Notes: generated by a model from the sequence alone, not told the origin. A DNA stretch of 64,000 bases from Octopus sinensis (GCF_006345805.1 NW_021836317.1:1-64000); one strand, 5' to 3'; positions 1-12,725 are shown, numbered from the stretch's first letter. Numbers and translations: made by a program.

Positions 1-19
1 ATATATGATGTTCCTGTGT

Positions 20-120
20 TAACTCGCATGGCTTAAGGTGTTTCCCTCACGATCGTTAGTTCATGTGTTCGATTCCAGGACCGGGCACCTAGTTTTGTTA
101 TTGAGCAAAACACGTTGCTC
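20..120 (+). mobile_element. tRNA-derived SINE head (family C-like), truncated
   Basis: A-box-like gcatggcttaaggtg, B-box-like gttcgattcc, then ttgagcaaaacac resembling 48765-48860; interrupted by a family A copy. Confidence 0.55.
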
Positions 121-121
121 C

Positions 122-410
122 ATGAAAGGCAAAGTCGACCTCGACAGAATTTGAACTCAGAACGTAAATACAGGCGAAATACCTATTTCTTTACTACCCA
201 AATGGGGCTAAACACGGTAGGGACAAACAAGGAGAGAGAAACTGATTAAGTCGATTATATCGACACCACTGTGTAACTGGTACTTATTTAATCCACCCCG
301 AAAGGATGAAAGGCAAAGTCGACCACGGCTGAATTTGCACTCAGAACGTAGCGGCAGACGAAATACCGCTAAGCATTTCGCCCAGCGTGCTAACAGTTCT
401 GCCAGCTCAC
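122..410 (-). mobile_element. SINE family A, dimeric copy
   Basis: Two tandem units of gaaaggcaaagtcgacc...gaatttgaactcagaacg; reverse-complement head (tgctaac...ctgccagctc) at the right end. Confidence 0.85.
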
Positions 411-496
411 TTCTCTGTTGTAATGGTATGTTGATGATAACACCGCTGGTGTTAATAATGACTATTCTCTTGTTCAATTAGATGGGATATATTTTT

Positions 497-530
<34 letters not shown>

Positions 531-1534
531 ATCATCATCATCATCATCACCACTATTACTATCACCAGAAGCGGAAGAATCATTAGCAAGCCGGAAATAT
601 ACGTTGCAGTATATTATCTGGCCTTTACGTTTCGCGTTCAAATTCTGGTGAGTTTCATTTTACGCATGAATTGAAATCTGGAGCTAATATAATCAATGAA
701 GCTCACTCCACTCCCAATACTTTCATGTCTTCATCCAATAGCAGAAAGGGCCATTATTATTATTGTTGTTGTTGTTGTTATCAAGATCATCATCATAGCA
801 TCATCATTTTGGTTACTCTTCCTATTATTATTGATATGATAGTATCTATGATTTGGGTTTCGACATTTACACAATCAAAAAAATATATAATCTTCAACTC
901 TGCTGTAAAATCACTTACGTAAAATGGAAGCCGAGTTCATTTTCCTCCCGTTTAAAGCAACAAGAAAACGAAAACGTAAACGAAAAGAAAAACAGAACAA
1001 AATGACAAAATCACGAAATAAAAATAATTAAATACAAAAACACCGCAAGTAGCATATAAACTGCACGAGGCATCAATATAAACTAATATCTTCCCGTAAT
1101 CTGTGCAATGATCCGATTTTCCAATCCGTCTGCGGCGAGGATTAACACGAAGAGAATGACATTTAGATTATCCAGCATTTTCCAAGATATGCCCTTTCCA
1201 ATTAGGCATATGGAAGCCATTTCGCAAATGTTTGCATTCATTCATATTAATTCTTATAATCTGCTGTTTTAAACGTCCTACGTTTTTCCTGGTTTTTCTG
1301 TTTATTTTTCTTTCTTTTTATATCAATAATGTTTGTATTGCGATGCTCATCGCCATCATCATGACTTTTTAACTGACGTGCCGTCAAAGAATCAACATCC
1401 TGGCAATAGATTAAGGCAAACAGAAATGTGCATATACACTCTCACGTATACACGCGAATATATACATACGAATGAAAAAATATATGTATGTACACATACG
1501 CACGCACACACGCATAAAGATATATATATATATA

Positions 1535-1666
1535 CAGGGTGTCCGTAAAATAATGTATACACATAGTGGTTCGGCAAAAGAGAATGATAGAATAAGTACT
1601 AGGCTTACAAAGAATAACAAATTTACAATTATTTAAGGTGTGTATACATTTTTTTGGGACACCCTG
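1535..1666. mobile_element. Tc1/mariner-type MITE carrying a SINE-B tail fragment
   Basis: About 27-bp terminal inverted repeats cagggtgtcc...aatgtatacac / gtgtatacatt...ggacaccctg, flanked by TA on both sides inside a (TA)n tract; 1566-1617 matches the family B tail. Confidence 0.8.
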
Positions 1667-2013
1667 TATATATATATATAGATATACATACGTATATATA
1701 AATGTGTGTATACTCATATGCATATAAGCGTGTAAAAAAACACGCATGTTCTAATCCACATATGTATTTCCATTAGAATATTCGAAGGCTTTCGCTTCAC
1801 GAAAATGTTCTTGCACGAAGGCTTACATTCAGAGGGAATGTAACAGAGAGTCTGTACTTTATGGGAGATTACTTGAATAAAAATCGTACTGTGTTTGTGC
1901 AAATATGCACGCACTTAAAAAAAATGATATATATATATAAATATTAATATATATATATGTGAATGTGTGTCTGTGCATGAGTGTGTGCATATGTATATAT
2001 ATATATATATATA

Positions 2014-2064
<51 letters not shown>

Positions 2065-2395
2065 ACAAATTATTTTGATGCATTTAATCGTCAAAACCAT
2101 AAATGCAAATGGTTTTTGAAAGTGAATCAAGGAACGACTCCACATTAAATTTCCCAGGTGCCATTTTGCTTCCCCAATTCCTGGAAGTCAACTGTTAAGG
2201 ATATTTCGTTTAATTTGTTTATATCAAATGAGCAATGCACTACAAAATTCGACAATGATTGCCTTCAAGAAAATCAAATGACGAGCCTGATCATCTAAAG
2301 AATCTGAAATTACGAACAAATTTCCTGAAAATATGAGTACATTGAAAAGTTTACATTCGTCTGCGGAATCGATCAACTATTTCTTTATCGAACAG

Positions 2396-2499
2396 AATAT
2401 TTGGATTCACTAAATATAAGTGACAGGGCCCATCTCATCATCAAATTCATGATAGAGGCTCCAGTAATCTTTTCTAACCATATAAATTGCTATTGGAAT
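2396..2499 (+). CDS. Candidate internal exon (phase 1 to 0), EYLDSLNISDRAHLIIKFMIEAPVIFSNHINCYWN
   Basis: Acceptor tatttctttatcgaacag, donor aat|gtgagt, open frame; NCYW weakly resembles the start of a CUB domain. No homology confirmation. Confidence 0.3.
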
Positions 2500-4133
2500 G
2501 TGAGTCGATTACAGAGTCCTCAATGTTATATCTTAGGAGACGAATAATGATATTGTTTTCAAATAATGATTTTTATTACTGAACTATGGAATATTGCAAT
2601 AATTCTGAAATGAAATGTAAAATGGTAAAGTGTAATTCCAGTTGTCTGCGATGTAAATGAAGAAAGCTGTACTAAAAACAATCGTCACGCGGCGGAAATT
2701 AATAAATCCATAAAATCAACCAACACATTAAACAAAATGTCACCTGATACGGTCAATAATGTGTCACCTGATTGGATGAATAGGTGTAAGGTAAATGAGA
2801 ACCTATGTACGTGCAGGAAAATGTCACACGATAGAATCCTGCCACATTATCAGCTATATAAAACCAGATGATTAATAAACGATTTTTTGGTGACCAGACG
2901 ATTGGGGTTCTCATGACTTTCGCGAAATTAGGCGCGAAATGTGCCAACGATTATCGAATTTCTCTTTCACCGTTTCACACCTGTTTATCATTCACTAAAT
3001 AAGACGGCAGTAATTTACTACACCTGTTGTTGTTATAACGATGTATCAAGGATTCTGTAGAGATATGCGGATTTTATCTTCTATCTTCAGTAACAAGACA
3101 TGCTTCTGTTAGCGGACTGGGCTATGAAATGTATTTGATATTTGCAGACAGAGGATGCAACTGCACTGCAAGAATGGTAAAAAAGTATGATGGTGGATAC
3201 AGAAAATTGGCTAAGAATTGAGTTTAAGGATAAGTAAATTTAGGAAAGTTAACTTATTGAATAACCTGTCCACTTTTACGTTTATCTCAATTTCCTAAAG
3301 ACTTCAGAACCGGCAGCCAAAGTTACGATGGTTTGTAAACGAACACGTCTATGCGATCGTATACAGACATTTTTATAACGTTGGTATAAACATATTTCAA
3401 GAATTATTGCGCTTTCATTAGTACTGTATCGATCCCATCAATCATCCCCGATCACATTCATTACATGCTCACTAAGTTTAGCTGTACAACATATTTGGAT
3501 AGATGAGTTTACATATAAAACAAATTCCTGGCAGTTGGCACGAACGATGTACATACCGCATTTGAAAAACATGAAATATATTGTTTATTAAATCAGTATT
3601 TCATATTATCTAAACAATATAAGAATTTTTTAAAGGCCTCACTGAAAAAGACAACGTTATTATTTTAGCCTGATAAGGAGCATTTGCTTTAGCATATATT
3701 TTTCTAAGGAAGACAGCATTTTAAATGGACAAACAATCTAAATTCTAAAGTTTGTATTCTGTCGTCTCTATGTAACAGGCATTGCTCTACTCATGTATAA
3801 AATATCACTTCTCTTATTAAAGCCAGTCCATCAATTATTTCATTTTAATTACATCTGTATCACTATATTGTCGTCCTAAAATATGAATTGTATTTCTATT
3901 TGTTTTAACACTTTGCAAAATTCTTGTACGTAAAAGTTTTCTTATATTTCTGAAATAGCCATTCTTACCACCAATATTACACTTGGTACAATGTGTCCGT
4001 AATGTACCAGTTCACTTTAGGCATTCAAATAATCAACACCCTACATGAATCATTCCTTCTTTCCATTTTCATCGTAGCAGAACACGAACTTTGTGAGACG
4101 TTTCATTTACACGAGGGACTATCAACTGTGTGC

Positions 4134-4980
4134 GCAAAGCATATTTTCACATTCACAGTAAGCGGTTTAAATGTTTCAACTTATGTCTGATAGTATCGGC
4201 ATTTCGTCTGCCGATCCGTTCTGGGTTCAAATTCGGCAGAGGTCGACTTTGCCTTTCATCCTTTCGGGGTCGATAAATTAAGTACCAGTTTCGAACTGGG
4301 GTCGATATAATCGACTTAATCCGTTTGTCTGTCCTTGTTTGTCCCCTCTGTGTTTAGCCCCTTGTGGGTAATAAAGAAGCAAAGCATATTTTTACATTCA
4401 CACTAAGCTGTTTAAATGTTTCAACTTATGTCTGATAGTATCAGCATTTCGTCCGCCGATACGTTCTGGGTTCAAATTCGGCAGAGGTCGACTTTGCCTT
4501 TTATCGTTTCGGGGTCGATAAAACAAATATCAGTTACGCACTGGAGTCAATGTAATCGACTGGTCCACGCCCCCAAATTTTCGGGGCTTTTGCCTATATT
4601 AGAAAGGACTTATAATATGGCAAAAGTGAAGTAAGGCGGTGAGCTGTCGGAATCGTTACCACGCCGGACAAAATGCTTAACAGCATTTCGTCCGTTTTTA
4701 TTTTCTGAGGTAGACGTTGCCTTTCACCCTACGTCTTTAATCATATCCTGTGGAACCAATTGACGACGTAGGGTGAGGTAGACTTTGCCTTTCACCATTT
4801 AGGAATCGATAAAATAAGTACCAAGTGAGAAATGGGGTGGATTTAATCCTCGATGTAATTCTCTAAATATTACTGGCGTTGACGTTCTGGGTTCAAATTC
4901 CGCTGAGGTCGGGTTTGCGTTTTACCCTTTCGGGGTCGATGAAATAAGCACCAGTTTCGCAGTGGGATCGATGTAATCAA
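4134..4980 (+). mobile_element. Cluster of SINE family A copies including a 245-bp tandem duplication
   Basis: Repeated gggttcaaattc...gaggtcgactttgcctttcatcctttcggggtcgataa units; head ggcggtgagctg at about 4636. Confidence 0.85.
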
Positions 4981-4989
4981 ATTCCAGGC

Positions 4990-5415
4990 CTTGTGCCTAT
5001 ATTAGAAGATATTCATTTCTTTATTGCCCACAAGGGGCTAAACATAGAGGGTACAAACAAGGAGAGATAAAAGGTTTAAGTCGATTACATCTGGTACTTA
5101 ATTTATCGACCCCGGAAGGATGAAAAGCAAAGTCGACCGCGGCGGAATTTGAACTTGGAACGTAGCGGCAGACGAAATACCTATTTCTTTATTACTCACA
5201 AGGGGCTAAACATAGAGAGGACAAACAAGGACAGACATAGGTATTAAGTCGATTACATCGACCCTAGTGTGTAACAGGTACTTAATTTATCGACCCCGAA
5301 AGGATGAAGAGCAAAGTCGACCTCGGCGGAATTTGAACTCGGAACGTAGCGGCAGACGAAATACCGGTAAGCATTTTGCCCTGCGTGCTAATGTTTCTGC
5401 CAGTTCGCCGCCTTC
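4990..5415 (-). mobile_element. SINE family A multimer
   Basis: Reverse-complement family A units ending in head gtgctaatgtttctgccagttcgccgcctt. Confidence 0.85.
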
Positions 5416-6009
5416 GAGAGTAGAAGATATTATTAATATGGCAACATAAAATACTTATTTGTAATATACTAAAACCATGGGTCGGTGGGAACGACAACCA
5501 AACATACAAGGAGAGAAAACCACCAGAACAGAGTAAAACGTAGTCACTTCCCTATACAATGAGTAGCTTTATGAAAGAGTATAAAGGCCAGTGCTATAGT
5601 AACTGCGAGTGAATGGCTGTCTCACCTAACTTTAAGAATCAATAAAAGCGTATTTAATTTCAAACAAGCGATAGTATGTTCAGCGCTACGGGCGATATGC
5701 AACGCTACAATATAGACATGACAAATTGAACAAGAAAGTAGTGAAACACAACACCTGCGACATACATTCTTATTTGTCTTTGAGCCACAAGTGATTTACA
5801 AGTAGACTTCGCTGTGAAAAGCATTCCTGTTCGTGGTGGTTAGGTTGCTATTTCTTTGTTGCCTGAAACTGGTAGATACGAGACTAGATATGTACGTGTG
5901 TGTGTGTGAGTGTGTATAACGCATGTTCTTGTTTGATTTTATGAGATTTTTTCTTTCTCTCTCCCTCTCATCCTCACCATCTCTGTGTGCAGTTATTTAT
6001 ATATATATA

Positions 6010-6360
6010 TAATAATAAATATTAGGGAATAAAACCAAATTTACAGGGAAAAAAATCAGATTTAGGATTAAATCCAATTTTATAGTAAAATATTATATAA
6101 TATTAATTAGAGACAAAACCACTATTTTGCAAAACAAACAAGGAAAGACTTAATCAATACATAAAATTTTAATAAAAAGTAAAAAAAGTAAAAAAAAGTA
6201 AAAAAAAAACGCCACTACAATTGTTTCATGTCTTGATCGACAATCTTCAGGTGGATTTCCGATTTTTCAAGTCAGTTTCAAATTTTATTAAAATTTTATG
6301 TATTGATTAAGTCTTTCCTTGTTTGTTTTGCAAAATAGTGGTTTTGTCTCTAATTAATAT

Positions 6361-6364
<4 letters not shown>
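6010..6364 (-). mobile_element. Penelope-like terminal fragment with inverted arm (fold-back) in (TA)n
   Basis: Perfect 82-bp inverted repeat 6096-6177 / 6283-6364; spacer contains a hammerhead-type core; flanked by (TA)n. Penelope assignment is inferred from the ribozyme plus inverted terminal repeat. Confidence 0.65.
6212..6254 (-). ncRNA. Minimal type I hammerhead ribozyme motif
   Basis: Minus strand reads CCAC CUGAAGA U UGUC GAUCAA GACA U GAAAC AAUU GUA GUGG: stem I CCAC/GUGG, core CUGANGA and GAAA, stem II UGUC/GACA, palindromic stem III ACAAUUGU, GUA cleavage triplet. Confidence 0.7.
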
Positions 6365-6445
<81 letters not shown>

Positions 6446-6814
6446 GAAGGAATGGAGTTGAACGACGATTTAACAAAATTCCTTTATTCTCGACATATGT
6501 TTCGAAGACTGCATATTGTCGAGAATAAAGGAATCTTGTTAATTCGTCGTTCAACTCCATTCTTTCATTTATTTGTATTAAAAAAAAACACACACATTTC
6601 CACACGAAAGCACGTGATCTCTGCCCTTGGCATGTAGCTTCAACCGTTGTTTTTCTGACGTGAATTTGCTACCCGGGTATCGGTTAACCGAATTATCCAA
6701 ACTAGGATAATTCATTCAACTACTTATAATATATATATATATATATATATACGTCGATTCCGAAGATACGTAGGTCTTTCTAAATATCAAATAAATATAT
6801 ATTTAAATTTTGCC

Positions 6815-7400
6815 CACAAGGGCCTAAACATATAGGGGACAAACAAGAACGAAAGAAAGGATTAAGTCGATAACACCGAATCCTGTGCGGCGTAACAGTT
6901 ATTTATTTAATCGACCACGACAGGATGAAATCCAAATTCGACCTCGTCGGAATTTCAACTCAGAACTTAGCGGCAGACGAAATAGAGCTAAGTATTTCGC
7001 CCGGTGTGCTAACGATTCTTATATCTTTATTGGCCACAAGGGGCTAAACATAGAGGGGACAAACAAGGACGACAAATGGATTAAGTTCATTACATCGACC
7101 CCAGTGCGTACTGGTATTACGACCCCGAAAGGATGAAAGCCAAAGTCGACCTCGGCGGAACTTGAACTCAGAACGTAGCGGCAGAAGAAATACCTATTTA
7201 TTTACTGCCCACAAGGGGCTAGACATAGAGGGGACAAACAAGGACAGACAAACGGATTAAGTCGATTATATCGACTACAGTGCGTAACTGGTACTTATTT
7301 TAATCGACCCCGAAAGGATAAAAGACAAGGTTGACCTCGGCAGACGAAATACCGCTGAATATTTCGCCCGGCGTGCTAACGTTTCTGCCAGCTCGCGGTG
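6815..7400 (-). mobile_element. SINE family A trimer
   Basis: Three reverse-complement units (cccacaaggggctaaaca...cggcagacgaaatac); head at about 7360-7398. Confidence 0.85.
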
Positions 7401-7849
7401 TACATTAAATAAACATTAAATACAGTGTGAATTTACGTCGCCTGGCAAAACAGCAATAATGTTCATACCATACTGTTCTATTAGCTTCGGGTTATATCGA
7501 TTGGTTACGTTCACCTTTGTGTCCGGGATATAAATTTAAAAAGCCATAGAAATATTTCATCTGTATAGCATATCAAAATTAATGTTAAAATACACTATGC
7601 ATCATAAATAATTAAAATTCATTTAAAAACAAAGTCATTAAGAGTTACAGATTAACGGTAATACAAATCGGAAGAAGTGTACTTGCTCGAATGTTTTCTC
7701 ATAGGTGGCATTCGTGCTCCTGTCGCGAGCTTTTCAAAAGTGCTCCGTCGACAGTGCTGTAGAATTTTATACAACTGTTTTTGTGATTGACATTTTAGCT
7801 TCATGGCTACGGAGAAGAAACCAAGTGAAAGGGATATGCGGGAAGCCGT

Positions 7850-8330
7850 ATTGTTGGAAGATGAAATTGGATATGATAAAACGATATGAAAAGGGCGAAA
7901 AGATGGTGGCCATTGCACGATCTTTTGGGATGAGCCGTACGACTGTTTCAACGATTGTGCACAATAGGGATGAGATTATGGCACCTGTGAAAGATGATTC
8001 TCCTGGAATGACAAACACCGTCATCAACAAGAAAAGGGGCGAATCTACGAAGATATTAGCAGCTTCTTGCCCTTTGTGTTGAAAGGCAGAATGGTAAGCA
8101 AGCATTTGTAGTCAGGGAATAATTCAGGAGAAACCGTTGTCTTTGTTTTAAACATTTGAGAAAGAAATATCCGGATGTCAAAGGCGTAGAAGGTTAAGCA
8201 AGTCAGGGATGGTTTATGAGGGTTAATTAGCCGCAGAATTCGTACTCTCTCAAAAAACAGGGTGTAAGCGCATTAGTTGAGAATGTTGCTGTAGCAGAAT
8301 TCTTACCACATATCAGGACTGCGCCTATAT
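7850..8330 (+). pseudogene. Degraded Tigger/pogo (CENP-B HTH) transposase
   Basis: KLDMIKRYEKGEKMVAIARSFGMSRTTVSTIVHNRDEI matches the Tigger N-terminal HTH; downstream frameshifted pieces IIQEKPLSLF, GWF, GVSALVENVAVAEFL follow the expected order. Confidence 0.85.
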
Positions 8331-8987
8331 GCTCATTCTTTCCTCCAGAAATATAATTTCCTATCACAGCATTTTCACACTTCCGAACAAAGCATATTTG
8401 TAGTACTATCATATCTTTTGATAAAATTCTTAAAGCCGTTTTATTAAGATGTTTTATTTCCAAAATAATAAAAATAGTACGCCCTGAAAGATGCACACAT
8501 TTTGAAGAACCTTCAGTTTTTCATTAGTATTAACACAGCACAAACCTTAACCAAATCCTTACTTCATTGTGTTTCGAGAAATATTCGTTGAGAGCCCTAA
8601 AATTTCGCATGATTTGCATTTCAATTCTCGAATATAATTTGTATTTTGTGGATAAAGAAAAAATTGTGGTTGAATGGGTGATTCATCTTCTGACGATTTT
8701 GGTGACAAATTCGAAAATCGATCATATCTCATTTCTGCGTCAATGATTTTTACTTACATGTCACGCAATTTTCTGCTTTAAAACGTTTATTTCTTTAGCA
8801 ACATTTCACACATAATACCGAATTAACAATCTTGACATCAAGCAAAATATACGGCTTTCTGAACGGAGTAGTGTTCTCTAAGTCTATAAGCAGAAACATC
8901 AACGCTTTCATCGATACATATGCATATATATACACATATATACTTACATTCACACACATGTCTTGTATGTATATATACATATATATA

Positions 8988-9065
<78 letters not shown>

Positions 9066-9069
9066 ATTA

Positions 9070-9446
9070 TATTTATATGAGGGAGTAAAATCCAAACTTA
9101 CAAGGAAAAAGAATTCAATTTAGAAATACTAAATCAAATTCCAAAATATAATACATATAAAATATTAGAAAAAAACACCTTTTATCAATTCAAAATGAAT
9201 AATTAAATTACACCATCTAGAAAATTACATATAATAGAAAAATTAAAATTTAAATAACAATTAAAAAGTAAAGATTAAGTAAATTACAAAAATAATGTAT
9301 TGTATATAATAGGTAGAAAAGCTTAATCTTTACTTTTTAATTCTTATTTAAATTTTGATTTTTCTATTTATGTAATTTAATTATTCATGATGGTGTAATT
9401 TAATTACTCATTTTGAATTGATAAAAGGTGGATTTTTTCTAATATT
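9070..9446. mobile_element. AT-rich fold-back element in (TA)n
   Basis: About 120-bp imperfect inverted repeat 9161-9279 / 9322-9446; leader gagggagtaaaatccaaacttacaaggaaaaa resembles the leader at 6021. Confidence 0.65.
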
Positions 9447-9859
9447 ATATATATATATATAAGATTTTTTTCGCAATGAGATAAAAAAAAAAGGCTGTGT
9501 AGATGTTAGAAAATTTATAGATAGAAGGTCTATAGCTGTTTACAGGATATTTATTAATTATATCCCTTCATCGGAGACGGTGTGAGAGGATGGTTAAGTA
9601 CTAGTTAATTTAAATGGGATGCAAAATAGAGAGTGAGGTGGAGGAAAGAAAATAGATGTGAGATATGTAGTGATATTGAAGTTGTAGATCCATTTTTTGG
9701 GGCAGAATGGTATATATGTAAGATTCCAATACCTTATGAGTAAAATCCAACGGAATTTAAAATGAATCATTCCAAATATAGAGTTTATACACAATGTAAG
9801 ATTACAATACCGTATGAGTGAGATCTAGCAGTATTTAAACTTGGTCAGTGTTTAAATCA

Positions 9860-10012
9860 AGTTTACGTCTCCGTAACTTAGCGGTTCAGAGAAAAGGCCG
9901 ATGGAATAACTACTAGGCTTAAATGACTAAGTCCTAGAGTCGATACGGTTAACTAAAGCTGGTACTCCAGCATTGCCGCAGTCAAACGTCTGAAACAAAT
10001 AAAAGAATAAAT
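9860..10012 (+). mobile_element. SINE family B 3' tail, diverged
   Basis: cttagcggttc...ctccagcattgccgcagtcaaacgtctgaaacaaataaaagaat matches the family B tail. Confidence 0.7.
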
Positions 10013-10050
10013 GAATATATATATATATATTATATATATATATATATATA

Positions 10051-10149
10051 AAATAATAATAATAATAAAATTAGGGAATAAATCCAAATTTACAGGGAAA
10101 AATCAGATTTAGGATTTGCATAATAGTGGTTTTGTCTCTAATTAATATA

Positions 10150-10150
<1 letters not shown>
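10051..10150. mobile_element. Internally deleted copy of the 6010-6364 element
   Basis: Leader tagggaataaatccaaatttacagggaaaaatcagatttagga joined directly to ttgcataatagtggttttgtctctaattaatat, the outer end of the right arm. Confidence 0.75.
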
Positions 10151-10181
<31 letters not shown>

Positions 10182-10382
10182 TATACGTATGTATATATAT
10201 ATAATATATATATATATATGTATATATATAGTGACGCATATTTGCCATTTGAATATGGCTAACCCCTAAGGGTGGATGCTACTGTAGTTTGTAGCCCCAG
10301 GAAGATATCTCCTCCAGCTGGCTATAGACACTCTATCTGTGCCCTATCAGTGCCCTTTATAACTCGCTCTGAGATTTATCAT

Positions 10383-10413
<31 letters not shown>

Positions 10414-11151
10414 TTATATTTATGTATAAATATACATGTATAAATGTATGTACTTAAAGTTGTAATATGATAGCGTATGCGCAGCCCCATTTATCGTTTA
10501 TCCCCTATCTATTTGAAAATGCATTAACACCCGTAACCTTTTGAGAGCAGTCAGCCCCCAATGCTCTCATCGGTATTCAGTAACGCATGAATGGGTTCCA
10601 TTCCACTACATTTGAGAAAGGCTGTGGTCGAATATCGGCTGAAATGCAATTCGTTTTTGCATGTTTTGAGATCTCCATCTGTAACTCTGTGCATCCTTTT
10701 CAAATACAAATTGGAAATCGAGAGACAAATCGCTGACGAAGAATAACATTAGACACTTGATATGCTTTCGGAAAGCCATTAAAATACTGCACTCTCTTCA
10801 CTCTTTTACTCTAACGTACCGAGAAATTCTACCTTACTCGCCACACTACTTCAAACTTTATTGAATATCAGGTTAATTACACTCTGCATATATAAGATCA
10901 AATTTTCCAAGTGACCTACACTATGGTAGGTCAGCCACCTCTAACTCTTCAACCGCTACGGGGTGTCATTGTTTTCATTGCAGGTATAGGATGACCACTG
11001 CGAGGACAGATTAAATAAGACCTTTGTTTGCGGGTGTAATCCTTAATTATTTCACATACAAAGACGCATATCTTAAATTCTACACAAACACAGTATGTCT
11101 TTATAATGGGTAATTATATATACATCTATATCAATACACATCTATATACAC

Positions 11152-11183
<32 letters not shown>

Positions 11184-11196
11184 TCTCTCTCTCTCA

Positions 11197-11243
<47 letters not shown>

Positions 11244-11254
11244 TGAGATTTATC

Positions 11255-11298
<44 letters not shown>

Positions 11299-11409
11299 TC
11301 AATACACATCAATATACATCTATATATAACATCTATATCATACATACACTTTCATAGGCCACCCCATTATTTCTGTGTGTGCGTTTGTGTGTCTTTGTGT
11401 TAGCGTGCT

Positions 11410-11455
<46 letters not shown>

Positions 11456-12199
11456 GATATGTGTGTATATGGATGCAGCATCACAATGTAGCCAATAGAT
11501 GAATAGATGTGAAGGAGATTTCGATATCTTAGTTCCTGTGTAACGAAATTCGTTTTGTTGTGCAAGCGGCAGTTATCAGAACGCGAGCAGAAGATTAATG
11601 CGCAGATGAATGCATGAATACGTTATTTGATCATTCTCTGGGCCGCTACTTTATGCATCTGCCTTTTATCTCAAAGGTGTAACGACTCACTACACGATCA
11701 AACCTGTAACCTGCATTCAGGTTTTCATGCTTAATAGGAATATCTGAGGTTTTACTGATATTGTAAGAGATAATAAGGATTGTGTTTGCCGGAATCGGTT
11801 GTGCATGAGACAAAATCCTTTTCTAAGGTTTACTTTGAAACTAGGTCGATTTCCCTTTTATCCTTTCCGCTGGCGATGAAATGAATGCTTATTTCGTTGC
11901 TCTTTATTCATCGAAGTACAAATTTACCGGATTCGATATATACAGACGCACATCGAAACTTTGCTTTTCGATGTTAAATCAAAAGGCTCACACTTACATC
12001 CCTACAGATGTAAATATGTAAAGAGGCACACATCCATAAATAAATACATACACACAGGCACAAACATACATACATACACACATTTATAGATACATACACA
12101 CACATACATACAAACACACATATATACATACATATATACGCATATAGATACACGAAAACATACACAAACACAAACACATACTATTATTGTGTTGACCAG

Positions 12200-12350
12200 G
12201 TTTCCAAATTTCGTTTTACACTGCTCGTCACAATGCCATTCCAATCGTTATGGTACAATTCGAATGAGGCCATACGGCTGGTTTACGTAAGCCAGAACAA
12301 CATTCTGTCTGGAAAGGAGGGGATTTACTTGCAGGGGAACCTGTTTAGAG
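12200..12350 (+). CDS. Candidate internal exon (phase 0 to 1), VSKFRFTLLVTMPFQSLWYNSNEAIRLVYVSQNNILSGKEGIYLQGNLFR
   Basis: Acceptor ttattgtgttgaccag, consensus donor gag|gtaagt, only one fully open frame, higher GC than flanks; family not recognised. Confidence 0.35.
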
Positions 12351-12616
12351 GTAAGTAAAATGCAGAGTTTCGTTGTGCAGGCCAACGTCATTCTGGAAAT
12401 TGAAAAAACGGCTTTGAAAGCAAAAACCCATACCAATATACTAGGCACGTTCGACATATTTATACAGAGAGACAGACACACAGTCAACCAGAGATGTATA
12501 AATGCATATAAATATATATACATACATATATAAATAAATACACACACATACACATATATCTATCTATCTATCTATCTATATATATACATATACACACCCA
12601 CACAAACACACCCACA

Positions 12617-12658
<42 letters not shown>

Positions 12659-12682
12659 ACACACACACACATATATATATAT

Positions 12683-12724
<42 letters not shown>

Positions 12725-12725
12725 A

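Noticed and set aside
3091-3176. Candidate exon TRHASVSGLGYEMYL resembling a CUB C-terminus
   Set aside because: Weak donor, phase incompatible with the preceding candidate, and equally suggestive text in another frame; likely over-reading.
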